Origin: Acutalibacteraceae bacterium
GTDB lineage: Bacteria; Bacillota; Clostridia; Oscillospirales; Acutalibacteraceae
Assembly: GCA_036309125.1 (NCBI GenBank)
Contig: JAXJUJ010000112.1
Location: forward strand, 1,552-65,551
DNA: 64,000 bases
Direction of reading: 5' to 3'
Shown here in pieces: positions 55,318-64,000 of this stretch (position 1 is the first letter of the stretch; each line of letters opens with the position of its first letter). The notes beneath the pieces are model-generated. The model was not told the origin of the DNA. It was given only the letters and a program-made list of their open reading frames with translations, and searched no databases. A program made the translations under genes and the position numbers.

Positions 55318-56293
55318 TATCCGATTTCTCTTTTTTATTAATATTTTCTTCTTCGAGTCCGAGTGAAACCTTCAGTGAAGCAATACCTACTTCAATGATA
55401 TCATCAGTAGGTTCCTTTGTCGTAATACGCTGCATCAAAGTACCAGGAGCTGAAATAATTCTGGTAATAACATTATCATGCTTACCTGCTAACCTGATAA
55501 GTTCATAACCTACACTCATGATAAGCGGGAGAATAAGAATTTTAATACCCATCCATATCCAGCGCATCTCTTCATTTCTGATTGTCGGCCAAATAAGCAC
55601 CACGGTTGTTGAAATAACAATACTGACAATCAAAGACAAGAATATAAAGCTAGTACCACATCGCGGGTGGAATCTTTTCTGTTTTTTTACATTTTCCACA
55701 GTAAGTTCCAAACCTTTTTCATAGCAAAATATAGATTTATGTTCAGCACCATGATACATAAAAAGACGCTTGATATCTTTCATTAAAGATGTAAGGTACA
55801 TATATGTGATAAAAATAACGATTCTCATCACACCTTCAATCGCAGGCTTCCAAGTATTATTATTTTCGCCCAATATCAAGTCTGCTACAAATGAAGGCAA
55901 CCACATAAACAGAAAAAATCCTACAACCATAGCTATCACCATTGCTATAACTCCGATAACCGTCATCATTTTCGGTCCGAAATGGTCAGTAATCCATTTA
56001 TCAAGCTTCGACATTTCTTCTTCGCTGCCACTTTCAATATCTGTAGTTTTTTCAGCAGACTCCATAAGACACTTATAACCGAATATCATCTGTTCAACAA
56101 AATTAACCGGTCCTCTGATAAAAGGAATTCTGAAAAACTTATATTTGTCACGTAAAAGTTTGACTTTTTTTAATTGAGTTTCAATGCTGCCGTCAGGTAA
56201 CCTGAGTGCCATGGCAGTACCTTCCGGACCCTGCATCATAACACCCTCCATAAGGGCCTGTCCGCCAACACTATGCTTTTTATTTTCAGACAT
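55301..56293 (-). CDS. DUF1385 family membrane protein
   Basis: 330 aa. GGQALMEGVMM and YHGAEHK motifs. Typical neighbour of prmC. Confidence 0.8.
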   Translation of the reverse strand: MSENKKHSVGGQALMEGVMMQGPEGTAMALRLPDGSIETQLKKVKLLRDKYKFFRIPFIRGPVNFVEQMIFGYKCLMESAEKTTDIESGSEEEMSKLDKWITDHFGPKMMTVIGVIAMVIAMVVGFFLFMWLPSFVADLILGENNNTWKPAIEGVMRIVIFITYMYLTSLMKDIKRLFMYHGAEHKSIFCYEKGLELTVENVKKQKRFHPRCGTSFIFLSLIVSIVISTTVVLIWPTIRNEEMRWIWMGIKILILPLIMSVGYELIRLAGKHDNVITRIISAPGTLMQRITTKEPTDDIIEVGIASLKVSLGLEEENINKKEKSDNDDCK

Positions 56294-57821
56294 TGTAATT
56301 ATCCTCCGTAGTTATCATTTCATTCTCTTTAGCAATAACCTCATCAATATCCCATACATCCTCAATTTCAACATGATCTATATCAAAACTAATAGTGACT
56401 GTAGTACCTTTTCCGAGAATACTGTCAATGTCAAATGTTCCGTCATGCATACGTATAATTTCATCAACAACCGCAAGTCCTATTCCGGATCCGTGTTCAG
56501 TCATATTCTTCTTGTAAAATTTTTCTTTGACGTGCGGCAAATCCTCTTCCGAAATGCCACATCCATTGTCAGAAACCGTAATTTTAATTCTGTCGTCAGC
56601 AATTTCAGCAACAGTAAGTATTTTACCGCCTTGTTTTGTATATTTTAAAGCGTTGTCAAGGATGTTTACAAAAACCTGTTTAATTCTGTCAGGATCGCCA
56701 TCCATTGGTGCCGGAAGATTTGGTGCTGTATAAACAAGCTCTTTACCTTCACGCATCGCTCTATCTTTAAGCGCAAACACAGTTTCGTCAAGTTCAGCGA
56801 GAACATCCATTTTTTCAATCTTTAAAGTCATTCGACCGCTTTGCATTCTTGAAAAGTCAAGTAATTCCTCAACTATACCATTAAGTCTGGTTGACTCGCT
56901 GATAATTACACCCATACCACGCTGAGTTAAAGCAGGGTCAGTATCAGCAATCTGTAACAGCGTTTCTCCCCATCCTTTAATAGCCGTCAACGGTGTTCTG
57001 AGTTCATGCGAAACAGTTGATATAAAATCATTTTTAATTTTGTCTGACATTTTTATCTTTTCAGCCATATTATTGATAGTATCACATAGATCTCCGACCT
57101 CATCATTATATAGGTAGTGGTCGATTCTGGCATCATAATTTCCGTCAGCAATCATTCTGGCTGTATCATTTATCTCACGGATTGACTTAACTACTGAATT
57201 GATAAAAATTATACCCGAAATCAATAAAAGTAAAACGAGTACAACGAAAACCATAACGATAATGATATACCATGTGCCAATCTGAGCATCTATATCCTCC
57301 AGAGAAACAAGATATCTGACCGCACCAATAGTTTCGTTTTTGCTATTGAGAATGGGTTTAGTAAGCGTTGTTACCTTTTCTCCCGAATCAAGTTCACCCG
57401 TCCAGCGTGCTACTTCATTGACATTCGATATAGCAGTATCATATTCAGGAATAACAGTATAATTACTCACCGAAAAACCACTGGAAGATATTACAACATT
57501 GCCATACTTATCTATTATCCAGACTTCGACAGAGGCTTTATCTTTAAATCCATAAATAAAATCCCTTGCACCTTTTTCAAAAGAAGCCTCATCACCGGAA
57601 TAGCTTTCAAAGTAGTTATCAACGGCACTGTTGGAATAGTTCAGCATTTTACGATCAACCGAGTTATAATAATATGAGTGCACGATGTACGCACCGACAA
57701 CACAGATTATGAGCAAAAAAGCAATAACAATTACAGTTGTCTGAACAAACCATCGTCTTGTAAGACCAAAAAACAACTTACTGTTTTTGCTTTTTATTTT
57801 ATCCGTTGCCACAGCGTACAC
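56286..57821 (-). CDS. sensor histidine kinase
   Basis: 511 aa. Two TM segments flank an extracellular domain, then HAMP, H-box SHELRTPL, and N/G1/G2 boxes (NALKYT, DNGCGI, GSGIGL). Confidence 0.9.
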   Translation of the reverse strand: MYAVATDKIKSKNSKLFFGLTRRWFVQTTVIVIAFLLIICVVGAYIVHSYYYNSVDRKMLNYSNSAVDNYFESYSGDEASFEKGARDFIYGFKDKASVEVWIIDKYGNVVISSSGFSVSNYTVIPEYDTAISNVNEVARWTGELDSGEKVTTLTKPILNSKNETIGAVRYLVSLEDIDAQIGTWYIIIVMVFVVLVLLLLISGIIFINSVVKSIREINDTARMIADGNYDARIDHYLYNDEVGDLCDTINNMAEKIKMSDKIKNDFISTVSHELRTPLTAIKGWGETLLQIADTDPALTQRGMGVIISESTRLNGIVEELLDFSRMQSGRMTLKIEKMDVLAELDETVFALKDRAMREGKELVYTAPNLPAPMDGDPDRIKQVFVNILDNALKYTKQGGKILTVAEIADDRIKITVSDNGCGISEEDLPHVKEKFYKKNMTEHGSGIGLAVVDEIIRMHDGTFDIDSILGKGTTVTISFDIDHVEIEDVWDIDEVIAKENEMITTEDNYNV

Positions 57822-57841
57822 CTCCCTTTAGCAATAGTTAA

Positions 57842-58552
57842 TCAAACCCATTTATAACCCAAGCCCCAAATTGTAAGCAAGTGTTTCGGATTTGACGGAT
57901 CATCTTCAATCTTTTTCCTCACACGCCTGATATTTACATCTACTATTTTTTCTTCACCGTAATAATCCGCACCCCATACGTAGTTCAGAATATCGGTTCT
58001 TCCCAAAGCAGTTCCCTGATTTCTGAAAAAGTATTCCAAAATCTGAAATTCTACCTGCGTTATATCAATATAAATATCATTCTTCGTCAACGAGCGACTC
58101 TTACAATCAAGTCTGAACGGACCTGAAACAATAACATTCTCATCTGAGGCATCATTAGACTTTACGGCTGTAACACGTCTTGCCAACGCATCAACTCGAG
58201 CTGTAAATTCAGATGGAGAAAAAGGTTTGGTTATGTAGTCATCAGCACCCAAGAGCAAGCCTGTAACTTTATCCATCTCCTGGGTTTTTGCAGTGAGCAT
58301 TACTATACCTATATTGTTGCTCATACTACGCAATCTTTTACAAAGTTCAAGACCGTCCATCCTCGGCATCATAATGTCCAGAACAGCAATTTTTATAGAA
58401 CCGCTTTCGACCTGATATTTTTCAAGTGCGTCCTGACCGTCAAAAGCCTCTACAACATCATATCCTGCTCTGATAAGATTAATTACTATGAACTCACGGA
58501 TCGGAGCCTCATCTTCAGCAACTAAAATTTTTACTTTACTCATCATAATCAC
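57842..58552 (-). CDS. OmpR-family response regulator
   Basis: 236 aa. Receiver domain (ILVAEDE, DIMMP, TAK) and a winged-helix C-terminus (TIWGLGYKW). Confidence 0.9.
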   Translation of the reverse strand: MIMMSKVKILVAEDEAPIREFIVINLIRAGYDVVEAFDGQDALEKYQVESGSIKIAVLDIMMPRMDGLELCKRLRSMSNNIGIVMLTAKTQEMDKVTGLLLGADDYITKPFSPSEFTARVDALARRVTAVKSNDASDENVIVSGPFRLDCKSRSLTKNDIYIDITQVEFQILEYFFRNQGTALGRTDILNYVWGADYYGEEKIVDVNIRRVRKKIEDDPSNPKHLLTIWGLGYKWV

Positions 58553-59991
58553 CCAAAATCAGTTAATATAAAATTAGATTCAAGCCAATCATTACTTATT
58601 CCGAAATCAAGTCCGGCGTTGGAAATTTGCGAAACATAAGTCTTGGACGATGTTGTCTTCAACACTTGGTATCCGACATACTTATCTTTACTCTCATTAT
58701 CTGAGTTATCGTAAGCATATATACTGAAAAGCAAATCACCTACAACACCTCTTGAAGCATTCCAACGATAGAAGTCCCACTGTCCATTATTTCCTAAGAC
58801 AGTAATTTTTCCTACCCAGGTACTTTTAATTTTCAACATATATTTAAGTGTAGTATTGACGATTGAATATTGTACAGGTGTAAGCTTATCATTTCTGAAC
58901 TTAACCCACTTTGTAAAATACATTTTTGTAGCTGGTTGTTTATCAGAAGTTATCGTTGACGAAGAGTTTGAAGTATCAGTATTAGTAACAACAGAACCCG
59001 GCATATCTACGCTGGTCGGAATTTCAAGGAAACCGTCAGAATCGACATCGTAAACTGACAGCTTCATATTGCGCCAGGTCTGATATGTAGACTGAGTTGC
59101 AATATCAAAAAGCGGAGATACAAGCTTATTGATATCATCATCCCAATAAATCACTTCAGTAACCGATTCATTCAATCCTTTATTGGATTCAATATAAATA
59201 ATATTTTTATCCTGAACAGTTTCTACCGAAACAGAAGAATAAGATGAGATGCCACCATCCATAGCAGTTTCACCATACAAAGATAAACATTTAGACTGCT
59301 GATCAAAATTATATATTCTTGCCGTTGCAGTCAAATTATCCGGAACAGATGACTCCACAGTTAAAGCTAAAACATCTGAATATCCATCTCCGTTTGCATC
59401 GACAACATCAAAATGTGTGTACGGATACGTTGCAATCTGAGTAAAGGAATCAGAATCCAGGGAATACTCAGAAAAGGCTCTGTTTGTTTTACTTGAGTAT
59501 AACAGCCAACCAATCAAAACTTCGGACAAGCCGTCATTATTAAAATCATCAACAATAACCTTGTCAACTGAGCCTCCTAGCCCATCAAGAGTTGTAATAT
59601 GATTCCATTCTTCATCTGAATATTCAAAGTATGAAACCTTAGCTATCTCAGGATTATCGTTCAAGGCGTACATAACTATAGCTTCTTCATCACCGTCCGC
59701 ATCCACGTCAACAGTAAGAAACGAAGACTGTAAATCTCCATTCTCCGGAGTAATCAGCGTAAACGGATCATTTACAGTTTCTTCAAAAGCATCTTGCAAC
59801 CCCTGATACTTACCGATTAATTTCGGAGGTCTCATCAAGTTTTCAAAACTTGAAAACTCCAGAGAGCAGCCGGAAAATGAGATTAAAACAGATAAAGCAA
59901 GAAAAACAGAGATAACTTTTCTTATTTTAATCATGCCGACACCTCCAAACAATACAATTATCCATAATATTTTCATATTATTATAGCACAA
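58549..59991 (-). CDS. putative lipoprotein with FG-GAP/VCBS-like calcium-binding repeats
   Basis: 480 aa. Lipobox SFSGC, so the start is probably MIKIRK at 59934. Repeated DxDxDG motifs (DVDADGDEE, DFNNDGLSE, DANGDGYSD, DVDSDGFLE). First gene of the two-component operon. Confidence 0.65.
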   Translation of the reverse strand: MCYNNMKILWIIVLFGGVGMIKIRKVISVFLALSVLISFSGCSLEFSSFENLMRPPKLIGKYQGLQDAFEETVNDPFTLITPENGDLQSSFLTVDVDADGDEEAIVMYALNDNPEIAKVSYFEYSDEEWNHITTLDGLGGSVDKVIVDDFNNDGLSEVLIGWLLYSSKTNRAFSEYSLDSDSFTQIATYPYTHFDVVDANGDGYSDVLALTVESSVPDNLTATARIYNFDQQSKCLSLYGETAMDGGISSYSSVSVETVQDKNIIYIESNKGLNESVTEVIYWDDDINKLVSPLFDIATQSTYQTWRNMKLSVYDVDSDGFLEIPTSVDMPGSVVTNTDTSNSSSTITSDKQPATKMYFTKWVKFRNDKLTPVQYSIVNTTLKYMLKIKSTWVGKITVLGNNGQWDFYRWNASRGVVGDLLFSIYAYDNSDNESKDKYVGYQVLKTTSSKTYVSQISNAGLDFGISNDWLESNFILTDFG

Positions 59992-60093
59992 ATCAAAATA
60001 ATTTTACAACATATAATTAGAAAATAATTGTTAAAATATTTACATATTTTCCCTAAAAATAAACTAAGGAGGTAAAAACCTCCTTGTGTTCAT

Positions 60094-61389
60094 TTATTTG
60101 GATTTCACAGTAGCATAGTATGTACCTGCTACCCAGGATTCGTCACTGTATTTCACATTGAACTCTATAGGGACACGTTTACCTTCAGTAGTTACCGTAA
60201 CCCCTGTAAGATCAATTTTCCCCTGCAAACTTTCAGGTGATATTTCAACCTGATCTTTTGTCGAAGAGCAAACAGTTACAGTCTTTGAATCCGAAAAATC
60301 AATCGAAAAGACATCTTCATTCTGCGCACCTTCAATAATTATATTATTTTTATACACGCTTAAAGATTCCGTTACAATAGTTTCAGGCAGTTGTAAATAT
60401 ATATATATTTTTTCAGTGTTATCAAGTATCTTAGCATTTTTGATGTCTGTTGCATCAAATTCAAACACCTTTTTATCCGGAGTAATTTGCGAGAAATTAA
60501 TTTCACCAACGTCGAGCACAGAAACTTCACCGGATCCGTCCTGCAGCACAGCTACATTCACAGTAGAAGGCACAGATGAATACTTAAGCGGATTATTCAG
60601 ATACTCCTTCGGGGAATGTGTAAACGAAACGCTGACGGGAAGAGTCTGAATCTTATAAACCGGTATTGTAGCTGTAAGTTTTACGTTCTCAGGAGTTTCA
60701 CCATCTACCTTAACATATTTAATTTCATCATCTGAAGCAGTTATAAACTTAACTGAACCTTCGACAACCTTAGTAGACGTAAGTGGTTCATTTATAGTAA
60801 CTTCAAGATATGCTCCCTGAATTTTATCAACCTCTGTCTTAGGTCCGGTAATTGTAATAGTCTTTTCGACACTGATTTCTTCTTCATAGAAAGTATAACC
60901 GTCTGCTACAATTTCTTTTGTCGGAGAAGAAACCTTAGGGGTAAGACTTATCTCTTTAGTAGCTTCTCTGTCAAAAAAGACATTGATATAATCAGCTGAC
61001 AATTCAACAATTTCAAATTCAGCGTTAGTATTTTTAGGGGCAACTTTAAGAGCAAGAGCTTTTTCTCCGGCCGAGTCGATATACGCAGTTTCAGCTTCAA
61101 CAACAAAATCATCAGCTGTCAATTTTTTCCCACCCACATCATATCTTTTACCTTCAACAGTAATATCAACAGTAATATTTGTATCGCTGAATGGTTTAAG
61201 GCCAAGACGCTCAGGTGCAGTATCCTTGAGTTCAATTTTGACAGGAACTTCCTCTATTACATTTTGAATTATCGGTGTGTATTCAAGTGCTACAACAATC
61301 CAGAAAATCAAAGCAAGAACAGTGGAGAATACAACAAGAAACTTTGTGTTTGAAAAAAGTCCTCTTAGATTTAACAAACGTTTAATCAT
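60094..61389 (-). CDS. cdaR: YbbR-domain protein CdaR (diadenylate cyclase regulator)
   Basis: 431 aa. N-terminal TM segment followed by repeated YbbR-like beta-rich modules. Overlaps and follows cdaA. Confidence 0.8.
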   Translation of the reverse strand: MIKRLLNLRGLFSNTKFLVVFSTVLALIFWIVVALEYTPIIQNVIEEVPVKIELKDTAPERLGLKPFSDTNITVDITVEGKRYDVGGKKLTADDFVVEAETAYIDSAGEKALALKVAPKNTNAEFEIVELSADYINVFFDREATKEISLTPKVSSPTKEIVADGYTFYEEEISVEKTITITGPKTEVDKIQGAYLEVTINEPLTSTKVVEGSVKFITASDDEIKYVKVDGETPENVKLTATIPVYKIQTLPVSVSFTHSPKEYLNNPLKYSSVPSTVNVAVLQDGSGEVSVLDVGEINFSQITPDKKVFEFDATDIKNAKILDNTEKIYIYLQLPETIVTESLSVYKNNIIIEGAQNEDVFSIDFSDSKTVTVCSSTKDQVEISPESLQGKIDLTGVTVTTEGKRVPIEFNVKYSDESWVAGTYYATVKSK

Positions 61390-62303
61390 TTCTTTTTCTT
61401 CTCCTTTATAAATCTTACTACTTTAGCAATCTGAGAACTCAATATTCCCTTTGCCATATTCTCCTTCTGAGGAAGGATGTATGTTATAAGTTTTTCCATA
61501 AGCACACCGTCTGAAACACCACGATGCAAAGTGCCGGCATGAGCAACAGAAATCTTTCCTGTTTCCTCAGAAACAACAATCGCTATAGCATCACTTTTTT
61601 CAGTGATACCAAGCGCAGCTCGGTGACGTGTACCAAGATGAGAAGTCAACATATCTTTATCCGTAAGCGGCAAAATACAGCCCGCTGCATACGCTCTGCC
61701 ATCTCTGATAACTAAGCCACCGTCATGCAATGGCGAGTTAGGAAAAAATATACTTTCAATGTGATCACGATTTACTTTCGCATCAATAACAGTGCCTGTT
61801 TTTATAACATCTCCGACCATAGTTTCTCTTTCAAAAACTATCAAAGCTCCGATTTTTTTATCGCTCATATCTGAGCAAGCCTTACACACTTCAAGTACGG
61901 CTGATTTTTTTCTTTCATATAACGAGTCACCTTGTTGAGCTCCGAAGAAATTGAAAAAAGCAAAATTTCTTCTACCCATAGTTTCCAAGGCATGTCTGAT
62001 TTCCGGAGAAAAGAGAATAATCAGAACAATAATAAAATCAGAAAGAATCGTTTTAAAAAGGAAAGAGCTTGCATGCATATCAAGTAAATTAATCACAAAA
62101 TAGATGGCACCAACCACCAGCAATCCCTTAACTATCTGTATACCACGTGTTTCCTTTAACATTTTAATCGCACTGAATATAAGAAATGCAACAAGTGCTA
62201 TATCAACCAAATCTGTAATGGTAAACATAGAGAAAACAGACAGTAGTCTGTCCCACAGCAAATTAATATTTTCTATTTTCTCAGCCATAACTAATTCACC
62301 CAA
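61386..62303 (-). CDS. cdaA: diadenylate cyclase CdaA
   Basis: 305 aa. Three N-terminal TM segments and a DAC domain with GALIV, DGG..I, TRHRAA and SEETG motifs. Confidence 0.9.
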   Translation of the reverse strand: MGELVMAEKIENINLLWDRLLSVFSMFTITDLVDIALVAFLIFSAIKMLKETRGIQIVKGLLVVGAIYFVINLLDMHASSFLFKTILSDFIIVLIILFSPEIRHALETMGRRNFAFFNFFGAQQGDSLYERKKSAVLEVCKACSDMSDKKIGALIVFERETMVGDVIKTGTVIDAKVNRDHIESIFFPNSPLHDGGLVIRDGRAYAAGCILPLTDKDMLTSHLGTRHRAALGITEKSDAIAIVVSEETGKISVAHAGTLHRGVSDGVLMEKLITYILPQKENMAKGILSSQIAKVVRFIKEKKKK

Positions 62304-62340
62304 TCTTTATTATTCTTATATTTTATCATACATTACGCGA

Positions 62341-62826
62341 TTAATCAATAAGACACACACAATGTGCAGCTATACCTTCACAAGCTCCGGTAAATCCTAA
62401 TTTTTCTTCAGTTGTAGCTTTTACATTGATACAATCAAGATTTACACCTAAAGCGTCTGCGATATTTGCTCGCATATTTTCGATATGAGGCAACATTTTA
62501 GGCTTTTGAGCAATAATTGTCGCATCAACATTAACAGGCTTGTATCCTGCATCTCGTATACGAGCAACAACTTTTTTTAACAAAACAAGGCTGTCCGCCC
62601 CCTTGAAGGCAGGATCGGTATCAGGAAACATTCCTCCTATATCCCCCATCGCTGCAGCACCCAGTAAAGAATCGCTTATGGCATGAAGCAAAACATCAGC
62701 ATCAGAGTGACCCAACAAGCCTTTATCATGTTCAATCTCAACGCCACCTATAATCAGCTTTCTGCCTTCACAGAGTCTGTGTACATCGTACCCGTGACCT
62801 ATCCTCATAACACTACCTCCCTGCAT
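62341..62826 (-). CDS. ispF: 2-C-methyl-D-erythritol 2,4-cyclodiphosphate synthase
   Basis: 161 aa. [16 protein letters not shown] and IAQKPK motifs. Confidence 0.95.
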   Translation of the reverse strand: MQGGSVMRIGHGYDVHRLCEGRKLIIGGVEIEHDKGLLGHSDADVLLHAISDSLLGAAAMGDIGGMFPDTDPAFKGADSLVLLKKVVARIRDAGYKPVNVDATIIAQKPKMLPHIENMRANIADALGVNLDCINVKATTEEKLGFTGACEGIAAHCVCLID

Positions 62827-63404
62827 TCCTCCGCCGCAGTTTTATAATCATCATATGTCATTATCGTATTAATAACTTCCAAAAGAGCCTTCGTACTTAA
62901 TCTTTCAGGCAAATCAAGATACTTAAGCAGTTGTAAACGTCTGTATTTGCTGTCCGGAGCTCCATTAAATCCATCTTCATACAAATCGATATTTGTAATC
63001 TGATTATGATGAATCTCAACCGTATCAGTGCACCCTACTCCGGCTCGCTCCAAAGCCTCAGCAATCACTTCAACTGAGACACCTTCAACCCCGAGCTTAC
63101 CTTCTTTCGAGGCAGTAACTTTTCGTTTTTCTTTTCCGAAAATATCAGGAATATACGCATTTACAATATACTCGTTCGGCACAATAGATGCCAGAAAAGA
63201 TCTTATCATAAACCCTGCCGAATCACTATCCGTAAGAATAAGCAAACCCTTTTTTTCTGCAAGTTTTCTTAAAAGTTTCTGTTTATCCTTATTTTTAAAT
63301 ATTCCAAAACCCTCAGTTTCAATTATAACGCCATCAATAATTGATGAAAGTTTAATTTTATCATATTTACCTTCAACAACAATAATCCTGTCAACCTTAA
63401 TCAT
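62805..63404 (-). CDS. rnmV: ribonuclease M5 (TOPRIM)
   Basis: 199 aa. VEGKYD and TDSDSAG TOPRIM motifs. Confidence 0.85.
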   Translation of the reverse strand: MIKVDRIIVVEGKYDKIKLSSIIDGVIIETEGFGIFKNKDKQKLLRKLAEKKGLLILTDSDSAGFMIRSFLASIVPNEYIVNAYIPDIFGKEKRKVTASKEGKLGVEGVSVEVIAEALERAGVGCTDTVEIHHNQITNIDLYEDGFNGAPDSKYRRLQLLKYLDLPERLSTKALLEVINTIMTYDDYKTAAEECREVVL

Positions 63405-64000
63405 ACTTTCTCACCGTTAGAAACAAGCAATAATTTTGTTATAGTCTGTTCAAGAATAAGTCTACCGCTGATTGAAGTAGATTTCAGTAAGATGTCAGCT
63501 TCATTAAGAACTTCAAGAAAACGCCTTAACTGGTTTATTGAATATTTTGAAGATGACCTGGCTGCATTCGTAAGTCTGAATTCTTTATTTCTGTAATTGA
63601 AGTCTTTTGACGCATCCTCAGCACGCATTCCACCTGAAACATATACCTTAGCCCGATACATATCTACATAAGGAGTAATTATTGCGCCTAAAATATTTAT
63701 CGGTTCCTCTTTCATAGAAATCAGTGTATCAAGAATCGCCATAGCAGTATCACAATTATTGTTTACAAGAGCTTTAGCAAGATCAAAAGCCCTTGCCTGA
63801 ATACTTTTAATAACAACAGCATCAATATCAGCTTTTGATATCTTCCCCTGCCTCTTATAAGCACAAATCTTTTCAAGCTCATTGATTATAACAATCATAT
63901 CGTCGCCAATCGATGATATAAGGTAATTGATTTCGGAAAATCCGATATCACACCCGCGTTCCTTCGCACCTTTTTCTATCAATTTAGAAAGTTGCTGCAA
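63401..64000 (-). CDS. holA: DNA polymerase III delta subunit, C-terminal part (5' end outside window)
   Basis: ORF open to the window edge. The helical C-terminal domain pattern (ELEKIC.Y, FDL..A, and the QLRR/LLKST region) is consistent with HolA. The position before rnmV is plausible. Confidence 0.7.
   Translation of the reverse strand: MQQLSKLIEKGAKERGCDIGFSEINYLISSIGDDMIVIINELEKICAYKRQGKISKADIDAVVIKSIQARAFDLAKALVNNNCDTAMAILDTLISMKEEPINILGAIITPYVDMYRAKVYVSGGMRAEDASKDFNYRNKEFRLTNAARSSSKYSINQLRRFLEVLNEADILLKSTSISGRLILEQTITKLLLVSNGEKV

Overview
This window is a low-GC chromosomal segment from a spore-forming Firmicute that looks Clostridia-like. Sporulation markers present are spoIIR, cwlD, ytfJ and a SpoIIM-like gene. 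Almost all of it is densely packed housekeeping DNA, mostly on the minus strand. The plus strand carries tsaE-tsaB-rpiB-upp. The minus strand carries radA, ruvX, a class A PBP, a FemAB-type transferase, murE, mltG and tmk. It also carries a sugar-utilisation cluster (GH2, GPH/MFS transporter, YdjC-type deacetylase, WYL regulator) and an MMPL transporter. Next come the conserved priA-def-fmt-rsmB-rlmN-stp-prkC-rsgA block, then rpoZ-gmk-remA-yicC, scpAB, prmC, a two-component system, cdaA-cdaR, ispF, rnmV and holA. The only clearly accessory region is about 3.8-6.6 kb. It is a ~2.76-kb insertion bounded by near-identical palindromic sites and sits directly beside the promoter of a xerD-like recombinase gene. 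The insertion carries a pUB110/pC194-type (Rep_1, HUH) rolling-circle initiator with a matching nick-site sequence upstream. It also carries a 184-aa catalytic-domain-only tyrosine recombinase and two compact promoter-plus-terminator units on the minus strand. Its most unusual part is a ~0.9-kb GC-rich, ORF-free, hairpin-dense block containing a perfect 56-bp direct repeat spaced 603 bp apart. That block is my best candidate for something undescribed: a large structured RNA, an oversized rep leader, or an atypical single-strand origin. Smaller observations are a DUF2804 gene broken by a homopolymer frameshift, an unannotated small-ORF pair downstream of rsgA, a MurE lacking the DNPR motif next to a FemAB-type gene, and a split half-size TSUP transporter pair. 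No CRISPR array, tRNA/rRNA gene, prophage or recognisable defence system was seen. All calls come from reading the sequence and from remembered family motifs; no searches were run.
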